From the NCBI GenBank assembly GCA_963821525.1, contig CAWGED010000014.1, positions 64,001-128,000 of the forward strand: 64,000 nt of DNA, in the 5' to 3' direction. Both the position numbers and the translations under genes were made by a program. This document shows positions 21,306 through 30,962 of the stretch, piece by piece. Within the stretch, counting starts at the first letter, position 1, and each line of letters opens with the position of its first letter. The stretch is from an uncultured Gemmatimonadales bacterium. GTDB lineage: Bacteria; Gemmatimonadota; Gemmatimonadetes; Gemmatimonadales; GWC2-71-9. The notes under the pieces were generated by a model. That model ran no database searches and was not told the origin of the DNA. It saw nothing but the letters and a program-made list of their open reading frames with translations.

Positions 21306-21894
21306 CTGAGGCTGCGGCCTCCGCCGCCTTCCGGCCGAAGACAATGTGGCCCGCCTTGCGGAACACCCAGAAGCAGAAAAGGATCGCCAGCGCCAGGCAC
21401 ACGAAGGGCAGCACGATCGCGAGAATGACGGTGCCGGTCGCACCGAAAAGCTCCACGGTGGACACGAGGGCGTTGGCGGCGCCTCCGGTCGCGGCGAGCG
21501 ACTTCAGCCGGAGCAGTACGGTGGCACCCTGCAGCAACCCGGCTGCGCCCCCGCCTCCGATCAGCGCCACACCCCACTTGAGGACTGGCGGAAGATCCAC
21601 CATGACCGATGCGCTGGCGACCATGCCGGCCACGACCGCGGCTGGGGTCGCAATGGTATCGAGGAGGTGATCGAACCAGGGGATGTAGTAGGCAGCGATC
21701 TCGAGCAGGGTCGCGGTGCCGAAGGCGATCGCGGCAGGTATTGTCCCGATCCACGCAAAGCCGGGCGATAGCGGGATGTGGCCGGTCAGCGCACCAAGGC
21801 TGATCGCGAAGAGCGGTACGAATACCCGGAAGCCGCATGCAGCAGCCAACCCCAGTCCCAATCCAACGCCGAGCAGAGGATCGATCGAACTCAT
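21295..21894 (-). CDS. DUF4126 family membrane protein
   Basis: GLAAACGFRVFVP, EIAAYYIPWFDHLLD. Confidence 0.8.
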   Translation of the reverse strand: MSSIDPLLGVGLGLGLAAACGFRVFVPLFAISLGALTGHIPLSPGFAWIGTIPAAIAFGTATLLEIAAYYIPWFDHLLDTIATPAAVVAGMVASASVMVDLPPVLKWGVALIGGGGAAGLLQGATVLLRLKSLAATGGAANALVSTVELFGATGTVILAIVLPFVCLALAILFCFWVFRKAGHIVFGRKAAEAAASDGT

Positions 21895-22376
21895 CAGTCG
21901 CAGGCTACTCGACGATAAGGGAATTCCGCACGCCGGCTGGCTCCGGATGCGACCCCGTCAATCCAGGCCACCAGCGAATCGGGGCCTCGGCGGACATACC
22001 CAACCCGCTGCGGAAAGTCGTGCTTGGGATCCTCGAAAATGACGGCCGTATCGGCGACCAGGCTCGACATGAAGGTGTTGGTCGCCTGACCTGCCGGATG
22101 CGCCTCATAAGCGAGGCGCCCGTCCTTCTCGGTGAGCAAGACCAGCTCGTAGTCGTGTAGCGTGTTGTCTCTGACGGTCCGGCCCACACCGATCATGCTC
22201 CCGCCCCTCGGGGCCATCCATCGCTCCTCTACGGTACGAGGGCCATTCGTGGCCTCCCAGCAGCCGGTGAGCCAGGAAACCTGATCCAGTCGTGGTGCCG
22301 CCTGGGCATGGATGTGTGGAGTCGGTAACAGTGCGACTGCCGCCGCCAACATTATCGGACGCAAACCTTCAGGCAT
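21894..22376 (-). CDS. DUF6265-like secreted protein
   Basis: Signal peptide, WLTGCW, EERWMAP, FEDPKHDFPQR. Confidence 0.7.
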   Translation of the reverse strand: MPEGLRPIMLAAAVALLPTPHIHAQAAPRLDQVSWLTGCWEATNGPRTVEERWMAPRGGSMIGVGRTVRDNTLHDYELVLLTEKDGRLAYEAHPAGQATNTFMSSLVADTAVIFEDPKHDFPQRVGYVRRGPDSLVAWIDGVASGASRRAEFPYRRVACD

Positions 22377-22749
22377 GGGTGAACGCCTCTCGTTCAAAGT
22401 GGTTGTCGTGATAGGGATCGCGTCCTTGAAGGAGCGCTAAGCCGCTCGCAGCCAGGTAGGCGGGGATGAAGAACGGTCCCCAGCGCTCGTACTGGCGGAC
22501 GTGAACCCGTTCGTGAGCTCTAGTCTTTTCCATCTCGGTTTGGCTGGTCGCCAGCACGACATGGCCGAGGGTAATCGCCACGACGCCGGTCGCTGCGGGC
22601 AACCGGGGCAGAATGCCTGCCAGCGCGCCGCCCCACGCCTCGAGCACTCCGTCATGGATCGCGACTTCGCCACCCGTGGTGCGGGCCAGAACCGCGCAGC
22701 CCACACCGAGGAGACTGTTGGGGCTGGTCCAGAGGTAGGCGAGTCGCAT
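22369..22749 (-). CDS. conserved hypothetical protein with HExxH motif
   Basis: AITLGHVV, HERVHVRQYERWGPFFIPAY, NHFEREA. Confidence 0.7.
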   Translation of the reverse strand: MRLAYLWTSPNSLLGVGCAVLARTTGGEVAIHDGVLEAWGGALAGILPRLPAATGVVAITLGHVVLATSQTEMEKTRAHERVHVRQYERWGPFFIPAYLAASGLALLQGRDPYHDNHFEREAFTHA

Positions 22750-23375
22750 CAGAAGGGAATCTCGGCCAGGATCCCCCACAGGGAGTTCCGGATATCCAAC
22801 CCCTGTTCGGTGATGCTGCGGAGTCCGAGGGAATAGCGGGCCTCGATTCCCAGCACGCTGTTTCCTACCCCAAACTCGAATCCTCCACCTACCACCGCGG
22901 TGGCGTCTATGCTCGGCACGGATGAAGCGTCGCAGGCCTGACGCTGACCGCCCGCGGTTCCGATGGCCTGCACATCACAGCCGATCAGAAACGCCGCGGC
23001 AGGACCGCCGAATGCAAAGGGTCTGACATACTTGCCCAGGCGGGGTCCTCGAAACCGGGCCAGGATCGGCGTCTCCAGGTACACGAATTCAAAATCGAGC
23101 GTGCCGCCCCCGCCGGGGAGTGGCGCGGTCTCACCCCCTTTACGGGCGAAGAGCAGCTCGGGCTCGACCGCAAACCAGCTCGCTGCCGGAATCCGTACGA
23201 AGGCGCCGGCCAGAGTCGCCGCGCGACTGGTGAGACCTGCCGCGTCGCTGCCGGTGAGACTTGCTCTGGAATAACCGATGATGGCGCCGAGCGACACGTT
23301 GCCGTGCTGCGCGGCACCCGGGGCAGGGAAGGCGATGACCAGCGCGGTGAGAATCTGGCTGGCGCGACGAATCAC
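22749..23375 (-). CDS. outer-membrane beta-barrel (porin-like) protein
   Basis: Signal peptide, EPELLFARKG, YLETPIL, EARYSLGL, terminal Phe. Confidence 0.7.
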   Translation of the reverse strand: MIRRASQILTALVIAFPAPGAAQHGNVSLGAIIGYSRASLTGSDAAGLTSRAATLAGAFVRIPAASWFAVEPELLFARKGGETAPLPGGGGTLDFEFVYLETPILARFRGPRLGKYVRPFAFGGPAAAFLIGCDVQAIGTAGGQRQACDASSVPSIDATAVVGGGFEFGVGNSVLGIEARYSLGLRSITEQGLDIRNSLWGILAEIPF

Positions 23376-23761
23376 CCGCGCACCTCGCTCATGATCGCGA
23401 GGATGTTGTCCTCGCTGTCCTGGAAGAATGCCATCCACAGCTCGTGATCGGGGAGTTTCGCCACTTCATGCGGGTCGCTGGTGAATCGAACCCCGCGTTC
23501 CTCGAGTGCGCGATGGCTCGACCGGATGTCGTTCACTTTGAAATAGAGGATCGAGCTCGGGTGGGCGAAGGCCGGTTGCTCCGGAGCCGACAGCATCAGC
23601 CGGACGCTACCGCACTCGAGGAACCCCAGTTGTCCAGCCTGGAACAGAAACTTGAGCCCCAGCACGTCGCGGTAGAAAGCGATGGCCCGGGGAACGTCCC
23701 GCGCCGTCAGCGCGATTTGTCCGATCTGCAGGAGACCCGGTGAGCCGTCTGCGTCCATCAT
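23372..23761 (-). CDS. VOC/glyoxalase family protein
   Basis: IGQIA, AIAFYRDVLGL, MAFFQDSEDN. Confidence 0.88.
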   Translation of the reverse strand: MMDADGSPGLLQIGQIALTARDVPRAIAFYRDVLGLKFLFQAGQLGFLECGSVRLMLSAPEQPAFAHPSSILYFKVNDIRSSHRALEERGVRFTSDPHEVAKLPDHELWMAFFQDSEDNILAIMSEVRG

Positions 23762-23872
23762 GCCGCTCCTCAGGCGGGTTATGGCGCATTGTAGGTGTGG
23801 ACGACCGGAATGTCGAGGAGGAGGTGAGCTCGGCTCTTGCGCGGGATGAGTCTGGAGGGATAGCGTAGGGGC

Positions 23873-24289
23873 ATGCGTACCCCCATTCTCCTGCTCGCCG
23901 CGCTTCTCCTGCCTGCGGCCGCAACGGCCCAGGCCGATTCGGCAAAGGCCGATTCCGCGAGCTCAGCTTCCGCTCAGCCGCAAGCGCCGGCCGAAGCGTT
24001 CAGCTACACGTTCACCAATCCCGTCGAATTCATCCGCGTCCAGTTGAAGGGGGGCGTGACCTACTCGGCGGAGCTCAACAACCCTGGTGTGGTCCTCAGC
24101 TTCAAGCCGCGGGACCCCGGAACCCAGAAGCCGGATATCCGGAAGGACATGATGGGGCCGCCCAGCGCGAGTGGCTCAATAACCTTTCTGGTCAAGCCGC
24201 GCGCGGACGGAGAGTACGAGATCCGGGTTCAGGGAATCCAGGCGGGTGCGGCGGTTACGCTCTCGATGAAGGCCAAAACTAAGAATTAG
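23873..24289 (+). CDS. secreted hypothetical protein (beta-sandwich-like)
   Basis: Clear signal peptide and GC-typical codon use. Confidence 0.65.
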   Translation: MRTPILLLAALLLPAAATAQADSAKADSASSASAQPQAPAEAFSYTFTNPVEFIRVQLKGGVTYSAELNNPGVVLSFKPRDPGTQKPDIRKDMMGPPSASGSITFLVKPRADGEYEIRVQGIQAGAAVTLSMKAKTKN

Positions 24290-24824
24290 CGATCTCTCCC
24301 AGCCGTCGATCGAGCCGCTTCTCGTAACACATCACCGCGACCGCGGGGTGATCGGGAAGCGGCACTGGTATATAGGTGACGCCTCGGGCCTGAAACCCGG
24401 CCCTCTCATAGAACGCCCGGACTTTGGGGTCCACCAGGGTTGCGTCCAGCCGGATCCACCGCCGTCCCCGCCGTCTCACCAGCTCCTCCATGTGGGTCAG
24501 GCACCACGCTCCGATTCCCTTGCTCTGCACCTTCTTCGTGATAGCGAACCGGTGGAGGTACACCGCGGATCCTGAGGGCTCCTCCCACTGAATTGGGGCG
24601 TAATAGTCATCGGGAATGTCGCACAGTGAGAAGGTCCCGATGATCTCGCCGCCCTCGGTCACCACGAAGAGGCGTGCCGCCGTCGCGTCCGCCGCAATGG
24701 TTCCTGGTATGCTCGGCAACAACCAGTCAGGCACGCCATGGCGGTCGCGCATCTCGACGCCACAGGCGTTCAGGATGGCGACCGCCGCTCCCGCCTCCGA
24801 CGGCTCCGCGAGGCGGATCTCCAC
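24279..24824 (-). CDS. GNAT acetyltransferase
   Basis: YLHRFAI, QSKGIG, IRLD, FYERAGF. Confidence 0.85.
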   Translation of the reverse strand: MEIRLAEPSEAGAAVAILNACGVEMRDRHGVPDWLLPSIPGTIAADATAARLFVVTEGGEIIGTFSLCDIPDDYYAPIQWEEPSGSAVYLHRFAITKKVQSKGIGAWCLTHMEELVRRRGRRWIRLDATLVDPKVRAFYERAGFQARGVTYIPVPLPDHPAVAVMCYEKRLDRRLGEIANS

Positions 24825-25258
24825 TACCGCACGTCGAATACGTAACTATTGAGCTGCGCGATTGTCGCCTGCTGCTCCGCGACCTGGAATGCCAGCACGT
24901 CCCCGCTGGTGATGACGCCGCACAGCCCATCGGGTCCCGTCACGGGCAGGTGCCGGATACGGCGCGAAGTCATGATGCTGCCGCACTCCTCGATGCTGGT
25001 ATCGAGGCTACAGGTGACCACGACCCGAGTCATGAGGTCGCCGACCTGGGTGCTGGCCGGGTCCCGCTCCTCTGCGACGACTCGGCGCATGATATCGCGC
25101 TCGGTGAAGATCCCCACCAGATGCCCGCCTTCCATTACGACAACTCCTCCGATACTGCGTTGATTCATGAGATGCGCGGCCTCCTGCACCGTGGTTGACG
25201 TCGGTACAGAGATTACCTCACGGCCTTTGCGCAGCAGGATGTCCCGAACACTTGGCAT
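24824..25258 (-). CDS. CBS-domain protein
   Basis: LVGIFTERD, RIRHLPV, GVITSGD. Confidence 0.9.
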   Translation of the reverse strand: MPSVRDILLRKGREVISVPTSTTVQEAAHLMNQRSIGGVVVMEGGHLVGIFTERDIMRRVVAEERDPASTQVGDLMTRVVVTCSLDTSIEECGSIMTSRRIRHLPVTGPDGLCGVITSGDVLAFQVAEQQATIAQLNSYVFDVR

Positions 25259-25345
25259 GCGAGCCTCCTTGCAAGTCTCCCTATAGTCGGCTGCGGTACG
25301 GCGGGCCGCAAGATGAGGTGGGAGGTGGAGCGTGAGCTGGCAGTC

Positions 25346-25431
25346 GGGGTCGGTAGGGGTCAGGGGTCAGGGGTCAGGGTTATAGATCTGGGTCGCTGTT
25401 CCCTGACACCTGGCACCTGATACCTGACACC
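25346..25431. repeat. heptamer inverted element (AGGGGTC / CCTGACA)
   Basis: AGGGGTC x3, loop, CCTGACA CCTGGCA CCTGATA CCTGACA, just 3' of the DinB gene stop. Confidence 0.8.
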
Positions 25432-25433
25432 TT

Positions 25434-25913
25434 CTAACGGTGGCTCCAGAGCCGCTTAAGCAACTGGATCTGCCCCGTGTGATACGCATCGTGCGCCAGC
25501 ACCCCGGCGATCAGGTCGCCGTAGCTCCATTTCCGGATGGTGGGTGGCCGGCGATTCAGCCGTCCCTCAGGGAATCGGCGCAGGGCTTCGGCAAAGGCCT
25601 CGTGTTCCGCCTTGAGCAGCAAGCGATCGGCCGTCCAGGACCCTTCATCGAGATGATCGGGTGGGGCGGGCCAGTTGGAGGGTGAGCGGGGGAAGCCGGC
25701 CTCCGTGGTAGGATCCACGTGACGGCGCACTGCGTACTTCCAGTACGCAATGTGCAATGTGAGTTCCCAGATCGAGTGCAGTCTTGGAGCAGGCCGCCAA
25801 TGCGCCTGCTTCGCACTGATACCGCGCACCGCGCCGACTGGAGTTACGCCACCATGCCAGGCGCGACCAGCCTTCGGAGCGATCGTGCGTGACAGCAGAT
25901 CGACCTGTGCCAT
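25434..25913 (-). CDS. DinB family protein
   Basis: HSIWELTLH, HDAYHTGQI. Confidence 0.85.
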   Translation of the reverse strand: MAQVDLLSRTIAPKAGRAWHGGVTPVGAVRGISAKQAHWRPAPRLHSIWELTLHIAYWKYAVRRHVDPTTEAGFPRSPSNWPAPPDHLDEGSWTADRLLLKAEHEAFAEALRRFPEGRLNRRPPTIRKWSYGDLIAGVLAHDAYHTGQIQLLKRLWSHR

Positions 25914-25936
25914 GATGGATCAGGAATCAGATGGGC

Positions 25937-26260
25937 TTAGTGGATCTGGAACGCGTCCACCCGCTTGGCCAGATCAGGCGGCTCGGTACGAAGCACCTTC
26001 CCGGTGAGACTTACGTAAATCACCGCCCGTTGCGCTCCCGGAATCACCGTGGGTCCGAAACTGAAAATCCAGGCCGGCGGATTACCCTTGATCTGCTTCG
26101 CGCCGCGTAGAGCCAGTACCGTTTTCTGGGCGCCCATCTTGGGTGGCGGTGCGCCCAGCATCGAGCCGACCGCGAAATAGGCCGCAGCCCATGAGGCACC
26201 GAGCAACAGGAGCAGCACAAAACCTGCATATATGGCAAGACGGAACAGACGACCACCCAT
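25937..26260 (-). CDS. hypothetical membrane-anchored protein
   Basis: N-terminal TM segment and plausible start. Confidence 0.55.
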   Translation of the reverse strand: MGGRLFRLAIYAGFVLLLLLGASWAAAYFAVGSMLGAPPPKMGAQKTVLALRGAKQIKGNPPAWIFSFGPTVIPGAQRAVIYVSLTGKVLRTEPPDLAKRVDAFQIH

Positions 26261-26369
26261 GAGGGCTCCCGGGGTACGAGTCAGATCTGCACGAAACAGT
26301 GCACTTCGATGGCGCCTGCTCGGCCTCGGGTCGTCCCGGTAGGTTAGAGGCGGAGAGCTGCGAGCGCGG

Positions 26370-26870
26370 TCAGCCGGGGGTAAGGCCGTGGCGAGCCAGC
26401 AGGGTGTCCACCGAGGCCAGGTCGAACTCGACTCCGTAGCCACGCGCCAGACCGGCAAGAGCGACGAGGTCCAGGCTGTTATGGTGTGTTGCGAGCGTGG
26501 CCAGCTCCTCGAAGAAGTGTTCGAATCCGCCCGGAGCTATCACTTCAAGAAACCGGACCGGTTCGCTGCCCGAATTCCAGAAGGCGTGGAAGACTCCCTT
26601 GGGCTTGTGAATGCAGCCTCCGGGACCGGCCAGCTCGATCTTGGTTCCCTGCTGCACGGTGAGGGTGCCTTCCAGCACGTAGGAAATCTCGTCCTCCCGC
26701 GAATGGCGATGCAGCGGAGCGCCGAGCAATCCGGGGCCCAGCGTGTGTTCCACGAGCGCGACGGACCCGCGACTCGCTTCGCTGAGGACTTTGAATGTCG
26801 TGCTGAAGGTACCCAGCGCAACGCGGCGCCCGGCACCCGGTGCCGTATAGGTGAGGAGCGACGGTCTCAT
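26370..26870 (-). CDS. cupin domain protein
   Basis: PLHRHSREDEISYVLEG, HAFWN, PGGFEHFF. Confidence 0.85.
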   Translation of the reverse strand: MRPSLLTYTAPGAGRRVALGTFSTTFKVLSEASRGSVALVEHTLGPGLLGAPLHRHSREDEISYVLEGTLTVQQGTKIELAGPGGCIHKPKGVFHAFWNSGSEPVRFLEVIAPGGFEHFFEELATLATHHNSLDLVALAGLARGYGVEFDLASVDTLLARHGLTPG

Positions 26871-26922
26871 GAGCCCTCCTGCGTAATCAGCCTTCTCTAC
26901 TAATGTGCCGTGCCAGGCGGGT

Positions 26923-27264
26923 CTACGCCACAGGCCCGCCCGGGGCCTGGTTTTTCCGGCCTTCTCGAATCTCGTAATGGGCCGAGCGCTGGTCGAACCG
27001 GAGCAGAAGCTCCCGGGCCTTGGGCGGTACGACCGCCACTTCGTAGTCCGCGCCGGCAAACCCTTGTACTGCGTCGATCGAATCGAACCACATCAGGGTC
27101 ACGAACTCCACCTCCTCGTCGCTCGGACGCCTGAGCAGCTCGATGCCGTGAAATCCCCGGAGGTTTCGTTCCACGATTCCCTGGAAAATCTCGCTGCGAA
27201 GCAATGCTTCGTAGGCGTCGGCGTTCGCCGGCGTGGTCCAGCCATGCCAGATGCGGCAGATCAT
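26923..27264 (-). CDS. antibiotic biosynthesis monooxygenase-like protein
   Basis: MICRIWHG, EFVTLMWFDS, FAGADYEVAVVP. Confidence 0.8.
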   Translation of the reverse strand: MICRIWHGWTTPANADAYEALLRSEIFQGIVERNLRGFHGIELLRRPSDEEVEFVTLMWFDSIDAVQGFAGADYEVAVVPPKARELLLRFDQRSAHYEIREGRKNQAPGGPVA

Positions 27265-27848
27265 TTCGCCCTCCCCACTTCCGCCGCGCGTTTGATTCGA
27301 CGCAGCATCACCTTACGGATCAGGCCGCTCGCGCCCCCGATGATGAACCAGTAGCGCTTGAAGGCTCTCCGACTCGCCTCGTCGTCACAGCGGACCCGTG
27401 TTTCGGTGGTGAGGCGAGTCGAGGCCCCCGCCGGGTCCAGCCGGAAACTCCAGACTCCCCGGGCCAGCTTAGGTGGTAGAGCCTCGAGAAAGGTGGCCGC
27501 CGAACTGGGCACCAGCTTGGCGGAAGGAGTCCAGAACCGTCCCGTCACGCCGAGCACCAGTTCCTCACCGGGAGACTCGGCCAGCAGCACGAATCCGTCG
27601 CCACCGAGAATGCCCCTTAGCCCTTCCACCTCTCGGTCCCGCCGGTGTTGCATCCGGCGCCTGGTGGCGCGCGGATGCAGGATCAGACCTGGCAGTGCCC
27701 GCAGGGTGAGCAGGGCGCGGATCAGCGGGGCGCGACGGAAGTCGGCTTCCCACAATGCACGATAGACCGCCTCGGGTGAAGCCCGAACGGTGATATCGTA
27801 ACTCGCGCTCACGTCGTAAACCGGCATCCAATGGTCGAGCAGGCTCAC
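27261..27848 (-). CDS. conserved hypothetical protein (DUF2867/SRPBCC-like)
   Basis: ELVLGVTGRFW, LTTETRV, FKRYW. Confidence 0.65.
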   Translation of the reverse strand: MSLLDHWMPVYDVSASYDITVRASPEAVYRALWEADFRRAPLIRALLTLRALPGLILHPRATRRRMQHRRDREVEGLRGILGGDGFVLLAESPGEELVLGVTGRFWTPSAKLVPSSAATFLEALPPKLARGVWSFRLDPAGASTRLTTETRVRCDDEASRRAFKRYWFIIGGASGLIRKVMLRRIKRAAEVGRAK

Positions 27849-27872
27849 TGGATAGACCGGTATGGTGTACGG

Positions 27873-28124
27873 CTACCCCTTCTTGACGAGCCGGACCAGA
27901 TACAGAAGGAGCAACGCCCCGACCAGGGCGGTAATCAGCGCGCCGATAATTCCTCCCGCGGCGATGCCGAGGAGGCTGAACACCCACCCGCCGATGAAGG
28001 CGCCGAGAACACCGACAACCAGGTCCCCAACCAATCCAAACCCAGAACCTTTCATAATCTTTCCGGCCAGGAAACCGGCAAGGCACCCAATTACGAGGAA
28101 GAGGATCAGGCTCTGCGTGGTCAT
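27873..28124 (-). CDS. GlsB/YeaQ/YmgE family stress membrane protein
   Basis: GFLAGKIMKGSGFGLVGDLVVGVLGAFIGG. Confidence 0.85.
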   Translation of the reverse strand: MTTQSLILFLVIGCLAGFLAGKIMKGSGFGLVGDLVVGVLGAFIGGWVFSLLGIAAGGIIGALITALVGALLLLYLVRLVKKG

Positions 28125-28370
28125 CGGAACACCTCCTGTGTGTGCACTGCGAGACCGTTTCGGCCGACGCACTGCCACGTGCACCTGACGGCAGCGCGGG
28201 CCGGAACGGATTGAAGGTGGGGCTCGCGTGGAGCGATGCTATCCCGCGTCACGAGCGGCCCTACCTGACAGAGACTGGCCACGCCGGGCGCGTCTCTCAT
28301 TACGACATTGACCTTCAGCCCATCGGTGTGCAGCCCGTTGGCGAGGTTGACCGGCTCGATCTGCCCCGGT

Positions 28371-28604
28371 TCAGGCGTGGTCCGCAACCGCGGTAACTCC
28401 CTCATGCCGGGCGCAGCTGGCACAACAGTAGAAAATGCCCTTGGCCTCGATCCCGTGGCCGATGATCCTGCATCCGCAGTGGTGGCAGGTCGGCGCCAGC
28501 ATGTGGATGGCGCACTCGAAACTGTCGAATGTATGGGTGCTGCCGGCCGCGACCACCTGGAACGAAAGGTGGTAGTCGTTACCGCAAACGTCACACTTGG
28601 CCAT
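28371..28604 (-). CDS. small Cys/His-rich metal-binding (metallothionein-like) protein
   Basis: CDVC, FDSFECAIH, CHHCGC, YCCASC. Confidence 0.75.
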   Translation of the reverse strand: MAKCDVCGNDYHLSFQVVAAGSTHTFDSFECAIHMLAPTCHHCGCRIIGHGIEAKGIFYCCASCARHEGVTAVADHA

Positions 28605-28687
28605 AACCCCTCCGAAATCGATGCGGCGCCCCGTGCGCCGTGCTCGGAAAGTGGCCAGTTATGCGGTGCGACGCCAGCCGCCGCCGG

Positions 28688-29023
28688 TCAGCGCCGCCGG
28701 CGCCGTTTCCTTGGTGGGGGCTCCGGCACGAACTGCAGGTTGACCGCGAGGAGCTGTCCCTCGAACCACGCCAGCAAGCGGCCAGTGAACTTTTCGGCCA
28801 GGTAGAACAGGTCGCTCTGGGTCTTGGGGCGAATGTGAGCGATCAAGACGCCGTTCGCCCGGCTCACCTCGATGTAGCCACCTTTGGGACGCTGGGCATG
28901 GCGCAAGCGGGTCTTCTTCTTGTTGGCCCAGGACCAGGTTCTGGCCTCTCGAATTCTGGCGCGCAGCAGCTGGTAGGCGTCGAGATGGCCGGCGGGAATT
29001 GCCTGGAGAACCACCATGGGCAT
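28688..29023 (-). CDS. hypothetical basic protein
   Basis: GGAG RBS, intact ORF, typical codon use. Confidence 0.55.
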   Translation of the reverse strand: MPMVVLQAIPAGHLDAYQLLRARIREARTWSWANKKKTRLRHAQRPKGGYIEVSRANGVLIAHIRPKTQSDLFYLAEKFTGRLLAWFEGQLLAVNLQFVPEPPPRKRRRRR

Positions 29024-29049
29024 GCTCCGCGTTGGGTGGAGAAGGGGCC

Positions 29050-29096
29050 AGGGAATTTCAGATTGAAGATTTCAGATTGAAGATTGCTGATTTCAA
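29050..29096. repeat. single-arm heptamer array (GATTTCA/GATTGAA)
   Basis: AATTTCA GATTGAA GATTTCA GATTGAA GATTGCT GATTTCA. Confidence 0.8.
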
Positions 29097-29170
29097 AGTG
29101 TTGAACATGAGCATGGAGCCGGATTTCCCGACTAGATTCAGGGGTCTTCACAACCGACTGGAGCTGAGTC

Positions 29171-29533
29171 ATGCCGTACTTGACCCACAAACTTACTCGC
29201 GCAGCCCTGCTGGCCGTTACTCTGGCTGCCTGCGCGTCCGGGAGTTCTCAAAAGTCCCCGAGCCCGGATCAGGGGTCGGAGCCGCACCTGGAAGTGATCA
29301 ATCGCTCATCCGCTGACGTGGATATCTATCTCGTCCGTACCGGTCAGCGGATCCGGCTTGGACTTGCTCCCAACAATCAGACCACCAAGTTCTCGCTGAC
29401 CCCTGCGCTGACGATCGGGGCCGGCACGGTGCGCTTCGAGGCGGTGCCTATCGTGGGCGGCAACACCATCAGCACCGACCCCACGACCCTCCAGCCCAAC
29501 GCCACGGTCACCCTCGACGTTCCTCCTCCATAG
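29171..29533 (+). CDS. hypothetical lipoprotein
   Basis: Lipobox LAAC and a beta-rich domain. Confidence 0.7.
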   Translation: MPYLTHKLTRAALLAVTLAACASGSSQKSPSPDQGSEPHLEVINRSSADVDIYLVRTGQRIRLGLAPNNQTTKFSLTPALTIGAGTVRFEAVPIVGGNTISTDPTTLQPNATVTLDVPPP

Positions 29534-29534
29534 G

Positions 29535-29615
29535 GTTAGCCGTTAGCAATTAGCCGGTAGCTGTTAGCTGTTACGGTCAGGAGGGTGGCATCACCCGACG
29601 GCTAACAGCTAACGG
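29535..29615. repeat. heptamer inverted element (GTTAGCT / GCTAACA)
   Basis: About 5 GTTAGC units, inner GGGTG/CACCC stem, GCTAAC x2. Confidence 0.8.
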
Positions 29616-29690
29616 CCTACGGCCCACTCTGTTTAATCACAAAGACAGACCGAGGTGACCCGCGGCAAGGGATCATCCGTGGCAGCGCGA

Positions 29691-30675
29691 TCAGTCCGAT
29701 TGAGGCGCCCGGACAATGCAGCGGAAGCCGACGTGACAGGTGGAGGTGTCGATCGGCTCGGGATAGCGCGCCGCAGGCCGGTAGCGGCGACAATAGTTGG
29801 GCGCGCAGAGATGGGATCCCCCTTTCAGCACCTTGCGGGGGATGCGGATGTTGGGCTGGCAGAGGTCGTAGCTCTCCTCCTCGCGCGGCCCTCTCGGATT
29901 CAGGGGAATACAGCAGGCCTTGGGCGCATCTCCCGGATGGCGAGGCACGTACCAGTCGGTGGTCCACTCCCAGACGTTTGCCGATCATGTCGTAGAGCCC
30001 GTAGCCGTTGGCCGGGAAGGACCCGACCGGCGAGGTGCTCTCGAACCCGTCCTCGACCAGGTTGCGCCAGGGGAATTCGCCCTGCCAGGTGTTGGCCATG
30101 AATCTCCCGCCCGGGAGGAACTCCTCGCCCCAGGCGAAGGCGGCCCCGTCCAGTCCGCCCCGGGCCGCGAACTCCCATTCGGCTTCCGTCGGAAGCTGCT
30201 TCCCTTCCCATCGAGCGAAGGCTTCGGCGTCGGTGTAGGCCACGTGGACCACCGGATAATCCGGCCCGGCGATGCTGGTCTCCGGCCCATAGGGATGGCG
30301 CCAGTCCGCCGCCTTCATGAACTGCCACCAGTTGGTGTAGTCTCGTAGGTCCACTCTCCCAGGCGGCATGGTGAAGACGAGCGAGCCGGCGTAGAGCATT
30401 TCCGGCTTGGCGCCCGGGTAGTGAGCGGGATCGGGGGGAATCTCCGCGAAAGTCTGATGCCCGGTTGCGGCAACGAATTTTTCGAACCGCCCGTTGGTGG
30501 TCGGGTAGCGGTCGATCCAGAACCCGGCAACCGTCACGCGGTGGACCGGACGCTCCTCAGGGTAATGATCTTGGGAACCCATGCGGAAAGTCCCGCCTGG
30601 GATCCACACCATGTCGGGAAAGGGTGGATCTCCGGGCGGGAGGGAAGATGCGGTGAGCGGACTCGATGCAGTCAT
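29691..30675 (-). CDS. formylglycine-generating enzyme family protein; frameshift near 29980
   Basis: LPTEAEWEFAARGG, NGYGLYDM, KGGSHLCAPNYCRRYRPAAR, HVGFRC. Confidence 0.9.
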
Positions 30676-30962
30676 GAACCTCAATCCAGAGCCGGGGACT
30701 GGCTGTTCAGTCTACGTCCCCTGCAATCGGGGTCAAGGGAATGCTACCAAGGGGAGGGAGGGTACGACTAAAGGGTAATCTTCTATTGGTACGACCGTGC
30801 CATATCTTGAAACAGACCGAAGAGCGGACGCGCAATGAGTGGGTAACGCGGCAGCCGGGTCCTCCCAAACAAGCAAGGAAGGGTTTTCTCCTTTCGCTAC
30901 GCCGACGCAGCGAGCGCCAGCGTGGGCTGACGCTTGTACGGAATGGCCAGACCAAGAGCGAC

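Noticed and set aside
28125..28370. Possible gene or ncRNA in the gap between the GlsB-like and metallothionein-like genes
   Set aside because: No convincing start, motif or structure that I can support
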